From: an uncultured Verrucomicrobiae bacterium
Lineage (GTDB): Bacteria > Verrucomicrobiota > Verrucomicrobiia > Limisphaerales > SIBH01
Assembly (NCBI GenBank): GCA_963760275.1
Contig: CAVXCM010000013.1
Coordinates: 459,889 to 523,888 of the forward strand
Reading direction: 5' to 3'
Length of the DNA stretch: 64,000 nt
The position numbers were made by a program, and so were the translations under genes. The notes below the pieces were generated by a model. It was given only the letters and a program-made list of their open reading frames with translations, made no database searches and was not told where the DNA came from. Positions 38,299-50,205 of this stretch are shown here, piece by piece; the stretch's first letter is position 1, and every line of letters starts with the position of its first letter.

Positions 38299-38751
38299 TT
38301 ACTTGGTCTGTGCGAAGAGCATCAAAACGCGCGGACCTTTTTCAGTGGGAAGCGCAAACTGTTCCTCTTCGAATCCCATCGGCATGGCCAAGCCATCACA
38401 CGCGGGATCATGCACCGGTTTGCCATTCACAAGCAGGACGTAATGATGCGTTTTCTTACCTTGGATGCCTTGGATGGTTACCGTCCAGGTTTCCTGCACC
38501 GGATCGTGGGTAAGGGAAACCGTCTGCCAGCGTGTGAATGAACCGACGATTTCCACGCTCAACGGCTTCTCCGTCATATTCGTGCCCGGCTTCCACCGAA
38601 AAATGCGCGCGTACGTGTCTCGCGGATTCTCAGTGCGGCGTTGCATTCCCGGTCGGGAAGTTGCTGAGGGCGTTGTAGTGGGAAGTCGAACCGCATTAGT
38701 GGCCGGAGCGGCCGATTTGCGACCAAGTAAATTACCAATTCTCGCTAACAT
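38299..38751 (-). CDS. protein with AMPK-beta/isoamylase-type glycogen-binding (CBM48, early set) domain
   Basis: VEIVGSFTRWQTVSLTHD...WTVTIQGIQGKKTHHYVLLVNGKPVHDP is a typical CBM48 pattern. 150 aa. Confidence 0.6.
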   Translation of the reverse strand: MLARIGNLLGRKSAAPATNAVRLPTTTPSATSRPGMQRRTENPRDTYARIFRWKPGTNMTEKPLSVEIVGSFTRWQTVSLTHDPVQETWTVTIQGIQGKKTHHYVLLVNGKPVHDPACDGLAMPMGFEEEQFALPTEKGPRVLMLFAQTK

Positions 38752-39048
38752 GTTTTGTGTCTTCGTCTGTCTGGGTAATGGGCGCGGAGTTCATCAAAAC
38801 TTCGCGCGCTACACAACACCCGATCGATCAAAAGTGCAAAAAACTGCCGGCATGTCGGAGTAACGCGGACGGGAGTGCGGGAAGTGTCGTTCGCCGGAGA
38901 AAAATCAGCGATGGCGCACTTGCACTCACCTTGATTATCTCTGCGCGACACAAGTGCGACTGTGCACCTGAGTAAACAGTTCCTCAGACACGTGATGTTA
39001 CCGATGGTCAGTCACCTCATTGTTTGAGGTCGTGCGCATCGCTTGCCG

Positions 39049-40282
<1,234 letters not shown>

Positions 40283-40351
40283 AATCTAAAAATCAGGCGC
40301 GCATCATTACGAAAGGCTGAGGCGAGAAAAGAAGAAATTGGGCGCGCGCGT

Positions 40352-41866
40352 TCAGCGCTTTTCGCGCGGCACCTTCAGGACCCGCCGACCGCCCTGGAAC
40401 AACTCGCCGCCCACATCCTCAATTACCCCGCTGTGACGGCGCAGCGTGCGCAAGGAAGAGCGCGCCAATTTGCTCAGGCCGCGTGGCGTGAAGACGTATT
40501 CTGCAACCGTGGTGGCTGCGAGCATGGGGTTGAACTCGCGCATGTGCCACATCACGTTCACGAGGTCCCGCATGGATTTCGCCGCTGGCTCGCGCACGGA
40601 GCGAAGGATCAGAAGGGTGAGCAGGCTCAAGGCGATCGAACCGCCGATGACCACGTGATATTGCGTCAGCGGCTGGCCAAACAGCGTGCCCATGCGCTCG
40701 GGCAGAAGTCGCAGCACGAACCCACCCAGAATAGGGCCCAAGGCCACCAGCAGATTGGTGAAGCTGAAATAAACCGAAAGGTAGTGGGCCCGATTTTCGG
40801 CAGGGACCATTTTGATCATGAGGTTGAACTGTCCCATGTTTTGAAAGCCGGCCAGCATGAACCCCGTTACAAAATAGGTTACGTAAAGGTGGGCGTGCCG
40901 GATGGGCGACGCACCCATCCACGAAAAGAGCGCCACCGTGAGCCAAATCAATGCGGTGGTGAGCATGACCGGCTTATTGCCGAAGCGGTCCACGAGAGTT
41001 CCCCATGTGCGGAGCGAAAAAAGCAGCCCTACAGTCTGCACGGTGGTCAGCACCACTAGATCTCCGAGGGCAAAAGGCAATTCCTTGAGCACGAACACAC
41101 TGTAGAAAGGCTGGCCGGCGTTGAGGAAGAGGCCAAAGAGTCCGGTAAAAAGGAGTAGTCTGACGAAATTCCTGTCTCGAAATACCGCGGTGAAAGTGGC
41201 TAATGGCGCACGCTGCGGCTGCACCTCCATGACCCGTTGGGGAAACTTCATGCGCATCAAAAAAAACAATCCGGTCAATCGCGCGATCGCTGCGATGGTG
41301 AAGATGATGCCGAAAATCCAGAGCGCATCCTTGAAGTGCTGAGCCAGCTTGCCAGCGCCAACAACGGCAACCAGGGACCAAAAACCAAACATCAGGTTGC
41401 GAGACCCGAAGTACTTGCCCCGGATATTCAACGGCACGAGATCCGAGATGGCGGCGGACCAAGCCACGCCACACACGGCGTTGCCGAGGTTGGAGATGAA
41501 GACAATTCCCGCGAAAAGAAGATGCCGGGCTTCACCGAGCCAGGGGAAAGACAGGGTGAGCAGCCACGGGAGGGCGTTGACAAAAAAAGTGACGGCGATG
41601 ATGCGGTGGAGCGACCAGTAGCGCTGCAACCAGATCGTGATTGGCGGTTGAAGGAACAGGCAGATGAACGGTGTGGCCGCGAGTAATCCAATGGCGGAAT
41701 CCGACCAGCCGAGGCCTTTGACGGCAAAGCCGATCAGGAAAGGCATGTTCCCCAATGTGAGCGTGAGCATGGGGACGCTGAAGCACGCTTCGATCGTGCA
41801 GTATTTCAGTGAGAGCATCAGCTCCCTTTTTCTTAGAATGTTCACCGCGCGGGCGACTTCTCGCAT
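40352..41866 (-). CDS. MFS transporter
   Basis: About 12 TM segments. Start at ATG 41866 or 41818. The longer track ORF to 42052 would overlap the divergent M20 gene. Confidence 0.85.
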   Translation of the reverse strand: MREVARAVNILRKRELMLSLKYCTIEACFSVPMLTLTLGNMPFLIGFAVKGLGWSDSAIGLLAATPFICLFLQPPITIWLQRYWSLHRIIAVTFFVNALPWLLTLSFPWLGEARHLLFAGIVFISNLGNAVCGVAWSAAISDLVPLNIRGKYFGSRNLMFGFWSLVAVVGAGKLAQHFKDALWIFGIIFTIAAIARLTGLFFLMRMKFPQRVMEVQPQRAPLATFTAVFRDRNFVRLLLFTGLFGLFLNAGQPFYSVFVLKELPFALGDLVVLTTVQTVGLLFSLRTWGTLVDRFGNKPVMLTTALIWLTVALFSWMGASPIRHAHLYVTYFVTGFMLAGFQNMGQFNLMIKMVPAENRAHYLSVYFSFTNLLVALGPILGGFVLRLLPERMGTLFGQPLTQYHVVIGGSIALSLLTLLILRSVREPAAKSMRDLVNVMWHMREFNPMLAATTVAEYVFTPRGLSKLARSSLRTLRRHSGVIEDVGGELFQGGRRVLKVPREKR

Positions 41867-41956
41867 GCATGAAAGGCGCACGCAAGAGTCCTGAAGTTGA
41901 AATGCCTTCCCACGAAAACCATGCCTCACTATTCTCCGGCGCGTGCGCGGTTTGAA

Positions 41957-43096
41957 ATGACTTCCTCCGAAAAACTTCTTCGCGAATTGATTGCGCTGCC
42001 CAGCGTAAATCCCGCCTTCCTGCCCACCGGCGATCCAAGGGCTGGAGAACATCGCGTGGCAGATTTTCTCACGGCCACCGCCGCGTCAGGTGGATTGGAT
42101 GTGGAACAACGCGAAGTGCTGCCAAACCGCAGTAACGTCCTCGCGTGGCTGCGTCCCAGCGGGCGCGCGAAACGGCGAATCATCCTGGCGCCGCATATGG
42201 ATACGGTGGGACACGCGGAGATGCCCGAGGCGTTGTTCAGGCCGTTGAGGAAAGGAGATCGCCTTTCCGGGCGCGGTGCGTGCGACACGAAAGGATCGGT
42301 CGCGGCGATGTTGTCCGCTGTATTGAGGCTCGCGCGTCAATCTCGTCGTCCCGCCGAAACCGAGATTGTTCTGGCCTTTCTCGTCGATGAGGAAAATGTG
42401 CAGAGCGGGTCGCGAGCCTTGGTGAAAGACGGGTTTCGCGCCGATCTGGCTATCATCGGTGAACCGACGCTTCTCAAAATCGTTACCGCCCACAAGGGGG
42501 ACTTGTGGCTTACGCTGCGAACCCGTGGCAAGGCTGCTCACGGTTCGAGACCGGAGTTGGGTCGCAATGCGGTGCACGCGATGGCCCGGATCGTGGATTT
42601 CCTGGAAACCGACTACGCTGGATATTTGCAGTCAAAGCGACATCCGTTCCTCGGCACAGCGACACTGAACGTCGGGGCAATCCGGGGTGGAACCCAGCCC
42701 AACATTGTCCCAGACGAGTGCGTGATAACGGTCGATCGCCGCACGATCCCCGGAGAAACGAATGCCGGTGTCATTCGCGAAATAAAAACACTATTGCGAA
42801 AGCAGGGTTTCGCCGTGGAAGTGGTTGACGATAAAAGCGCGGCGCCATGCTGGCCCATGGAAACCGACTCGAATTTGCCCTTGGTGCAGAACTTCCTTCG
42901 TTCGGCAAGCCAGCCGGACGCCGTTGGGGTTCACTACTTTAGCGACGCCTCCGTGTTTGCGCGGGCCGGAACCCCGGCAGTGCTGTTTGGTCCGGGAGAC
43001 ATCGCCCAGGCCCACACCGCGGATGAATGGATCTCCTTGAGGTCGTTGAACCGTGCGGAGGAAATGCTCAAGCATTTTCTCCGTGAGCTTCCGTAA
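41957..43096 (+). CDS. M20-family metallopeptidase (ArgE/DapE-like deacylase)
   Basis: ATG at 41957. LLRELIALPSVNP, HMDTV, GACDTKGS and DEENVQSG motifs. Confidence 0.85.
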   Translation: MTSSEKLLRELIALPSVNPAFLPTGDPRAGEHRVADFLTATAASGGLDVEQREVLPNRSNVLAWLRPSGRAKRRIILAPHMDTVGHAEMPEALFRPLRKGDRLSGRGACDTKGSVAAMLSAVLRLARQSRRPAETEIVLAFLVDEENVQSGSRALVKDGFRADLAIIGEPTLLKIVTAHKGDLWLTLRTRGKAAHGSRPELGRNAVHAMARIVDFLETDYAGYLQSKRHPFLGTATLNVGAIRGGTQPNIVPDECVITVDRRTIPGETNAGVIREIKTLLRKQGFAVEVVDDKSAAPCWPMETDSNLPLVQNFLRSASQPDAVGVHYFSDASVFARAGTPAVLFGPGDIAQAHTADEWISLRSLNRAEEMLKHFLRELP

Positions 43097-43143
43097 TTGC
43101 TACTCTCCCCAAGTTGCGCGCCCCATTACTTTTCCCGCGCCGG

Positions 43144-44556
43144 TTAGGCGGCGTTAGCCGACGCGTGCAGGTGCTCGTCTTCTGGTGAAGGCTGACCTTC
43201 CTCCGTTTTCTTTTGCGGCCCCGGGTGCATCCCCATCCGCTTGCGCTTCCGGTATAGGGTGGCCGGATCGATGCCGAGTATCTGTGCCGCCTCACCCAGA
43301 CTGGGGGTGCTCATGATGATTCGCTTGATGTGTTCGGCTTCCAATTCCTCCAGGGATGTCTTGGAGCCAACACTGACGCCGCTGCTGCTCGGGCGATGCA
43401 AGTTCTCTGGCAAGTCGGCAATATCAATTTCCTTTTTGTCCGCGAGGATGGTGGAACGCTCGATCACATTTCGTAATTCGCGAAGGTTGCCCGGCCATGA
43501 ATACGTCTGTAACGCATGCAGAGCAGCGGGTGTGAATGTGGCCAAATCCTTGCCGACCTGTTGGCTGAAGAACCGTAGCCACTCCTGGGCGATGCGCGGG
43601 AGATCCCCAGGTCTTTCCCGAAGGGAAGGCATCCGGATCGAGATGACGTTCAGGCGATAATAAAGGTCCTCGCGAAACTGGCCGTTCTTCGCTGCTTGCT
43701 CCAGGTCGCGATTGCTTGCTGTGATCAATCGCACGTTGGCTCGGCGCAACTTGGTTTCGCCCACGCGCTCGTACTCACGATCCTGCAACAGGCGTAGCAG
43801 CTTGGGCTGGATTTCCAGCGGCAGCTCACCAATTTCATCGAGGAAGAGAGTGCCGCCGTCCGCCGCCGCCACTTTGCCGAACGTGTCCTGCACCGCACCG
43901 GTGAAGGCGCCTTTGACGTGGCCGAATAATTCACTTTCCAGCAATTCACGGGAAAGGCTGGGGCAACTGACCGTGACAAAGGCGCGATCCGCCTGCGGGC
44001 TTCGCTGGTGCACGGCCCGGGCAAGCACGCTTTTGCCGGTGCCGCTCTCTCCTTGGATAAGAATGGTCGCTGGTGTCGCGGCGGCTTTGAACGCGAGGTC
44101 GTAAATCTTCCGCATGATCGGCTCGACAGATTCCAGGATCGGCGCGGGAGCCTCCGCTGACACGCGGGATTCGAGTTCGGCCACCTTGTTTTCGAGCTTG
44201 CGGGTGCGGGCCACCTTGGCGAGGGCCTGCTGAAGTTGATCCGGCGTGTAGGGCTTGGCTAGATAATCGAAAGCGCCTTGCTTCATGGCAATGACGGTCG
44301 TTTCGATGGTGGCAAAGGCGGTGGTGACAATGATGGCGATGTTGGGCTGCGCCTTGAGGAGCTTGCTCATCAGTTCCAGCCCGTTTTCTTCACCGAGCCG
44401 CATGTCCAGCAACGCAATGTCGAAGGTATCCTTTTCCAGCTCCTGCATGGCGCTGCGACTGTTGGCGGCCGCAACAACATCGTGGCCCATCCCTTTTAAA
44501 ACGGGAACGACGGTGCGACGGATGTTTAAGTCGTCGTCGATTAAGATAATTCGCAT
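43144..44556 (-). CDS. sigma-54-dependent response regulator (NtrC family bacterial enhancer-binding protein)
   Basis: ATG at 44556 (MRIILIDDD). Receiver domain, AAA+ Walker A GESGTGKS, the GAFTGA sigma-54 contact motif, and a C-terminal Fis-type HTH. No histidine kinase gene is nearby. Confidence 0.92.
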   Translation of the reverse strand: MRIILIDDDLNIRRTVVPVLKGMGHDVVAAANSRSAMQELEKDTFDIALLDMRLGEENGLELMSKLLKAQPNIAIIVTTAFATIETTVIAMKQGAFDYLAKPYTPDQLQQALAKVARTRKLENKVAELESRVSAEAPAPILESVEPIMRKIYDLAFKAAATPATILIQGESGTGKSVLARAVHQRSPQADRAFVTVSCPSLSRELLESELFGHVKGAFTGAVQDTFGKVAAADGGTLFLDEIGELPLEIQPKLLRLLQDREYERVGETKLRRANVRLITASNRDLEQAAKNGQFREDLYYRLNVISIRMPSLRERPGDLPRIAQEWLRFFSQQVGKDLATFTPAALHALQTYSWPGNLRELRNVIERSTILADKKEIDIADLPENLHRPSSSGVSVGSKTSLEELEAEHIKRIIMSTPSLGEAAQILGIDPATLYRKRKRMGMHPGPQKKTEEGQPSPEDEHLHASANAA

Positions 44557-44639
44557 GGTTCGATCTCTCCTCTGCCCGAACAGTTCCCCACTCTTACGCT
44601 TTTGCAACTCACGGCCCGAGTTATGCAATCCACCCGGGC

Positions 44640-44694
44640 AAAAAAAAATCACCTTTCCCGTTTGGAGCCCGAAGGCTGCAGCAGGAAAGGTGAT
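44640..44694 (-). terminator. strong intrinsic terminator after the DUF1328 gene
   Basis: On the minus strand a perfect 11-bp stem atcacctttcc/ggaaaggtgat encloses an inner agcc-ttcg-ggct hairpin and is followed by a run of nine T (plus-strand A-run 44640-44648). It begins 13 nt after the stop codon. Confidence 0.8.
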
Positions 44695-44706
44695 CGCGAA
44701 CTTCGA

Positions 44707-44868
44707 CTACCGCGCACGGCGGCCGAAGATCAGCGAAACCAGAAACAGGACCAAGAACACGACGAACAGCACTTTGGCTATCCACGCGGCGGTACCTGCG
44801 ATTCCGGCAAAGCCGAGAAAGGCGGCGATGAGCGCTACGACTAGGAATATAATTGACCAGCTTAGCAT
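44707..44868 (-). CDS. DUF1328 (UPF0391/YtjA-like) small membrane protein, 53 aa (below the ORF-track cutoff)
   Basis: [57 protein letters not shown] lies 6 nt upstream of the ATG. The pattern is typical of the family (LGFxGIAG). Confidence 0.75.
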   Translation of the reverse strand: MLSWSIIFLVVALIAAFLGFAGIAGTAAWIAKVLFVVFLVLFLVSLIFGRRAR

Positions 44869-44914
44869 ACGTTTCTCCGTTGTTGGTTGTCCTTACTCAC
44901 TCGCATTCCTCTTA

Positions 44915-44929
44915 GCTAGCGTTGTGCCA
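44915..44929 (-). promoter_or_regulatory. candidate sigma-54 (-24/-12) promoter upstream of the DUF1328 gene
   Basis: The minus strand reads TGGCACaacgcTAGCt against the consensus TGGCAC-N5-TTGCW. GG and GC are correctly spaced with one mismatch in the -12 box. It lies about 47 nt upstream of the ATG at 44868. Confidence 0.4.
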
Positions 44930-45059
44930 GCGGTGCCTTTGGGGGGAAATGACATCGTCCTGCGGGAGATTTGAAGCTCTGCGCTGTGAAACGTAAAAGA
45001 TGGCCCGCAGTCTGCACGTCAGAACAACACAAAACTTGCAAGTTGCCCCTTCGTGAACC

Positions 45060-45497
45060 CTACCCACAGCGGAAGGAGATGCGGGCAATCATCTCGCGGC
45101 CAAAGCTGCTCTGGAGCCGGTCGAGGATCTCCTTGCGCCGGTAACGCACAATCTCGGAAAGCCAAGTGCTATTATCAACGGTCACAAACAAGGTTCCTTT
45201 ATTGATCCCTGTGGGCTGCGCGTGAGCGGCAATGGTGGGATCAATGAGAGTGTTCCAAACGCTGACAATTTCGGCTTCAGCCCGGCGACGGTCCATCCCG
45301 AGACCTTTTAGTACGTTTCCAATGAGTTGTTCCGCGTTCTTTTCGCGGCGCGCGTTTGCCTTTTCCAATGGCGCGATATTGACGCCGCGCCAAGCGGCGA
45401 GCACGCGATCGCGTGGCGACGCTTTAGGCGCTCCGAGCGGTGGTATGAATCGTCGCGGCGGCAGACTCATTTGGGAGGGGATCATGGCTTTGGTCAT
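45060..45497 (-). CDS. DUF721 (DciA-like) protein
   Basis: VLKGLGMDRRRAEAEIVSVWNTLIDPTIAAHAQPTGINKGTLFVTVDNSTWLSEIVRYRRKEILDRL is the typical DUF721 pattern. The start may lie further downstream because the ATG at 45497 overlaps the GH42 3' end. Confidence 0.7.
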   Translation of the reverse strand: MTKAMIPSQMSLPPRRFIPPLGAPKASPRDRVLAAWRGVNIAPLEKANARREKNAEQLIGNVLKGLGMDRRRAEAEIVSVWNTLIDPTIAAHAQPTGINKGTLFVTVDNSTWLSEIVRYRRKEILDRLQSSFGREMIARISFRCG

Positions 45498-47541
45498 GTT
45501 GCTCGTCCAGCACGAGCACGCCGTGAGCGGGTAAATCGTAGGCGCCCGTGAACGTGTTGCCCGTCAAAAAGTCGTGCATTGGCTTGTAAAAATGCAGGCG
45601 TACCGACGAATTCTGGTGGTTCAGAAGGAAGTAGATCTTGTGTCCATCCTTCTCGCGCATTGACACCTCGATCGTGTCCGGAACTTTCAAGAGTGGATGC
45701 AGGTTGCACAGGGTGCGCAGCCATACCACAAGGTCGTTGTAGAATAGCTGCGTGCTCATGGTTCCAATGTAAACCGCGCGCCCAAGCCCAAACTCGTTCA
45801 TCGTCATCGCTGGTTTGCCCGCATAGAAGTCCTTCGAATAGGTCGCGATGATCTGGCAGCCGCGAGGGTCGATGATGTCACACCACAAGCGACCGGGATG
45901 CAGGTGCGTCGCCGGGAAACCTCCGCGAAAGGAAAGATGGTTCTCCTCGCCGTCGGGTAATGGATCAAATTCACGCACTTCGAGTCCAAACACATCGGTG
46001 AGGTTGTGCGGGTAACCGGTATCCGGCGCCATGTGATGTTCATCCACCAATCCCGTGTTAAACGTGCTCACGAGGGTGCCACCATTCTGCACGTAAAGTT
46101 TCAAGAGGTCCGCTTCGCCCGCCGCCAGCAGGCTCAAGGAAGGAGCGAAGACGATTTTGTATTTCGAGAGATCCTCACTCGGGCGGGCGAAATCCACCGG
46201 GATATTTCGGTCGTGCAGCGCCGTGTAGAAAAGTTGGATGTGGTCGCGGTATCGGAAGGAGTCATTGGGCTGGTTCGTGTAGCGTAGACTCCACGCATTC
46301 TCATGGCTGAAGAGAATGCACACGTCCGCCTCGACGCACGTGCCTTTCAATACGGGAGCCAGCCGTTTCAGCTCATGGCCAATCTGCTTGATCTCCTGGT
46401 AGGCGCGGGTGTTGGGCGAGCCGTCATGGCCCAGCACGCCGCCGTAAAATTTCTCCGGGCCGATGCGCGGTTGTCGCCATAAAAAATACAAGACGCCGCA
46501 CGCGCCGCGGGAAACGAGCTGGTGCGTGAAGAGTCGCACGACCCCGGGCCGAACTAGTGAATTCACCTTTTGCCAGTTCACGGCGCCGGCCTTCTGCTCG
46601 ATGACCCAGAATCCGCAATCTCCGTTGGGCGTGCGGACATTGTGCTTCTTCAACGACCGAATCATGTCGATGTCACAAGCCAGCTCCGCGGACTTCGTAT
46701 TGATGGTGGCGTTACTATCGAGGGAAACGAAGTCGAGAACCTCCGCGAGATCGAAGTGATCGTAGCGGCGGGAGAGGGCGCGCAGGTTGTTGGTCACGGG
46801 AATGTTCGGCGTCAACTCGTGCAACAAATCCGCCTGCATGCGCATGTAGGCGATCAGGGTGTCGCTGGAGAAACGCAGCCAGTCGACGAGCAGCGCTGGG
46901 TTGTGGGGATAAGGTGCGTGCCTCGGCATCGGAACGTCCTCGAACTGAGTGACGCGCTGGCCCCAGAAAGTCAGCCCCAGCATTTCGTTCAGACGCTCAA
47001 TCGTTTCGTATTTCGCCTTCAGCCAGGCGTGCCAGTCCTGTCGGGTCTCGTCGTTGAAGGAGATCTCGGTGCTGTGGCCGCCGATGCCGTTATCAATCTG
47101 CCACGCAATGAGCGCCGGATGCTGGCCGAGAGCGGCGACCAGAGCGCGAACAATCTTCCTGGAATAATCCCAATACACACCGCTGTTCATGCAGTAGGCG
47201 CGGCGCGTGCCTTCGTGGCTCATTCGTCCCTGCGCATCGATGGGAAGAATCTCGGGATGTTTCTTCGCCAGCCAAATGGGAGGCGCGGCCGTGGGCGTCC
47301 CGAGAACGACCTTGATGCCCGCGTTGCCGAAGAGGTTCATGGCGCGGCGCATCCAATCAAAGTCGAAGCGGCCTTCCTCCGGCTCATAAAGTCCCCAGGC
47401 GAACTCTCCCATGCGCACGACATTCACGCCCGCTTCGAGCATGAGTTGGATATCCTCTTCCCAGCGCGATTCGGGCGCGTCGGGCGTGCCGGCGTAAGGA
47501 TAGACCCAGTGTTCAGGATAGTAATCGACGCCGAAATACAT
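45424..47541 (-). CDS. GH42-family beta-galactosidase
   Basis: ATG at 47541 (MYFGVDYYPEHW). The (beta/alpha)8 catalytic region (WQIDNG), trimerisation domain and C-terminal domain are colinear. 705 aa. Confidence 0.92.
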   Translation of the reverse strand: MYFGVDYYPEHWVYPYAGTPDAPESRWEEDIQLMLEAGVNVVRMGEFAWGLYEPEEGRFDFDWMRRAMNLFGNAGIKVVLGTPTAAPPIWLAKKHPEILPIDAQGRMSHEGTRRAYCMNSGVYWDYSRKIVRALVAALGQHPALIAWQIDNGIGGHSTEISFNDETRQDWHAWLKAKYETIERLNEMLGLTFWGQRVTQFEDVPMPRHAPYPHNPALLVDWLRFSSDTLIAYMRMQADLLHELTPNIPVTNNLRALSRRYDHFDLAEVLDFVSLDSNATINTKSAELACDIDMIRSLKKHNVRTPNGDCGFWVIEQKAGAVNWQKVNSLVRPGVVRLFTHQLVSRGACGVLYFLWRQPRIGPEKFYGGVLGHDGSPNTRAYQEIKQIGHELKRLAPVLKGTCVEADVCILFSHENAWSLRYTNQPNDSFRYRDHIQLFYTALHDRNIPVDFARPSEDLSKYKIVFAPSLSLLAAGEADLLKLYVQNGGTLVSTFNTGLVDEHHMAPDTGYPHNLTDVFGLEVREFDPLPDGEENHLSFRGGFPATHLHPGRLWCDIIDPRGCQIIATYSKDFYAGKPAMTMNEFGLGRAVYIGTMSTQLFYNDLVVWLRTLCNLHPLLKVPDTIEVSMREKDGHKIYFLLNHQNSSVRLHFYKPMHDFLTGNTFTGAYDLPAHGVLVLDEQHDQSHDPLPNESAAATIHTTARSA

Positions 47542-47813
47542 ACGCGTGCTCCGAGAGTTGAATTTTAATCGCACTCTAGACGCATCCGAGGTGACGGCAA
47601 TCGCGAAAAAGGCAAAGACGTTCAAGGAAGGGTGTGACTCGCGTGTGAATTTGAGCTTCGGGCCTCCGCGTCGAACATGCCCTTGCGCCCGTTCCGCTTT
47701 TGAATTTCATTCCGACGCTTCCGTCCAAAGCCGGCTGTAATTCGTTGGCTGCGACCAAGCGCGACTCGGATGGGTCGCGCTGTTTCGTCGAGCCGCGGAA
47801 GCAAAACAAAATC

Positions 47814-50142
47814 ATGTTTCGTTCATCTAGGATCTGGTACGTGCGCGCCGCATGCGTGCTGTCGATGTCAATGGTTGTTGCGGTTTCCGCTGCCGAGCGG
47901 CGGGGCTCGGGAGTGGTTTATTTCCAGGAAGACTTTCCCTTCCAAGGCGCGTGTATTACCGCCAAAGGGCCGGGGACAAACGTGGCCATGAAGGGGTTCG
48001 CTATCCGCGTTGGCAACGATGCGAACATGCTCTGGGATACGGATCTGTTGCGCTTCGCCGCCGGTTGGAAGGGCGGTTACCTCACCAGTAAGGGGGTGGC
48101 TTACGACGGCAGCCACGGAACTCATCCCGGCATTGTCGGCGAGCAACTTTTTGGGACAAAGCCAGGGCCCGGCTGGGCGAATGCCAATGGAGAGTTCGCT
48201 GACAATCGCCCCGAACCATTCGGTCCCCTGCCGAAAGAATGGTGCCGTTGGGATGGAATGTATGTGAATGGCTCGAACGTGCTGCTCACCTACACCGTCT
48301 TCGGCTCAAAAATTATGGAGCAACCGTCCAGTGTCGCTCTCGACGGACTCACTGCTTTTGTGCGCACTTTTAAAATTGAAAACGCCAGGGCGGATCTCGC
48401 CACGGTCATTGCCGACGGCACGGCCGGTGAGGTTAAGAGTCAGGGTAATTCTGCCACGCTGACAGAAGGCACTAACACGTTGGTCGTGACGCTGGTTGGC
48501 GCCCCCAGGAATGTGAAGCTCTCTGCTCAGGGCGCGCGCGTCGTTTTGACGATTCGCCAAAGGAACCAAGGATGCGCTCTTCAACGTCGTCATTTGGTCC
48601 GGCCCGCCGGAAAGCGCGAGCAAGGCTTCGACGCTGGCGTCTGCAGCCAAGCCGAAGCTGGGTGAATTCAAAAAAGGCGGCCCCGCTCATTGGCCCGAAG
48701 CCGTTCCGGCGAAGGGAGCTTTGAACACCAGTCAGACGCCCGACGGCGCGTATGTTACCGACAGCATTACGGCACCGGTCCCGAATCCCTGGAATCGCCG
48801 CGTGCGTTTCGGCGGCATGGACTTTTTCTCGGACGGCAAACGGGCTGCGCTCTGCACGCATGAAGGCGACGTGTGGATCGTGGAAGGGATTGACGAGAAG
48901 TTGGAAAACTTGAAATGGCGCCGCTACGCCTCAGGCCAGTATGAGACGCTCGGGCTCGTCATTGTAAACGACGTGATCTACACCTCGGGACGCGACCAGA
49001 TCACGCGCTACCACGACTTAAACAAAGACGGGGAGGCGGACTATTACGAGAATTTCAACAACGAGATCATGTCCACGGAAGGCTTCCATGAATTCGTCTT
49101 TGATTTGCAAACGGACAAGGCGGGTAACTTTTATTTTGCGAAGGCCAATCCAGTGAACAGCGGCGGCGGCGGCTTTGGCAACCAGAAGGCTTCAGCGGGC
49201 AATGGCACGGTGTGCTCGCATGCGGGTGGCTTGTTCAAGGTAAGCAAGGATGGGAAGAAGTTCGAAGTGATCGCGCGCGGTTTTCGTGCACCCAATGGCA
49301 TTGGCGTGAGCCCGGATGGACAGGTGACGACGAGCGATAATGAAGGAACCTGGGTGCCGACGACGCCGATCAATTGGGTCCAGCCCGGGCGGGTTCCATG
49401 GGGTGATTAACAGCCTGACTCCCAAGGAGTCGGCCGACGCGTTCATCCCGCCGCTGGCCTGGCTCTCGAAGGACTTACGACAATTCCGGTGGCGGACAGA
49501 TTGTATGTCACCAGTGACAAGTGGGGTCCGTTCAAGGGAGAATGGCTGCACGAATCCTACGGCAAATCGAGCCTGTTCCTGATGATGAAAGAGCGCGCCA
49601 GCAATGGGCTGATGCAAGGCGGCGTGGTGAAATTCCCGATCAAGTTCACCTCCTCGGTCATGCGCGCGCGCTTTCACCCGAAGGATGGGCAACTCTACGT
49701 GGCGGGACTGAGCGAATGGCAGAGCAACGCAGCCAAGACCACCGGCTTTGACCGGGTGCGCTACACGGGCAAGAAAGTTTACACGGTCAGAGGAGTGAAA
49801 GCTTTGACGAACGGTGTGCAGTTGACGTTCTCGGAGCCCCTTGCCACCGACAGCGTGGCGGACCTTCAAAATTGGAGTGGCAAGCGTTGGAATTATGCGC
49901 GAACGCAGAGCTACGGTTCGCCTGAGTTCTCGTTGAACGTGGATGATAACGGCAAGCCCAAGCGCGGTCGCGATAATCTCAACATCACGGCCACCAAATT
50001 GTCCGCCGACGGGAAAACCGTGACGGTGGAGATCGCGGATTTCAAACCGGTCATGAGCGAGACAATCAAGTTCAACCTCACTGCGGCGGATGGCACTCTG
50101 GTGGCGCAGGAATTGATGCACACGGTGCATGCGCTGCCTTGA
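47814..50142 (+). pseudogene. PVC-type putative membrane-bound dehydrogenase-domain (beta-propeller) protein, broken by four frame shifts
   Basis: ATG at 47814 with a signal peptide. Segments: 47814-48555, 48556-49389, 49391-49474, 49476-49502 (YDNSGGGQI), 49504-50142. The translation is colinear across the breaks. It precedes a multi-heme cytochrome, as is typical of this Pirellula/Verrucomicrobium gene pair. Confidence 0.75.
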
Positions 50143-50176
50143 TGGTGTTGGGGAATAAGTCTAACGTCTGAAGCAC

Positions 50177-50196
50177 AGGGGCGGTTTACCGCCCCT
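50177..50196 (+). other. intercistronic GC-rich stem-loop between the dehydrogenase-domain gene and the cytochrome gene
   Basis: Perfect 8-bp stem aggggcgg/ccgcccct with loop ttta and no U-tract. It ends 10 nt before the ATG at 50206. Confidence 0.4.
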
Positions 50197-50205
50197 GAAT
50201 TCTAT

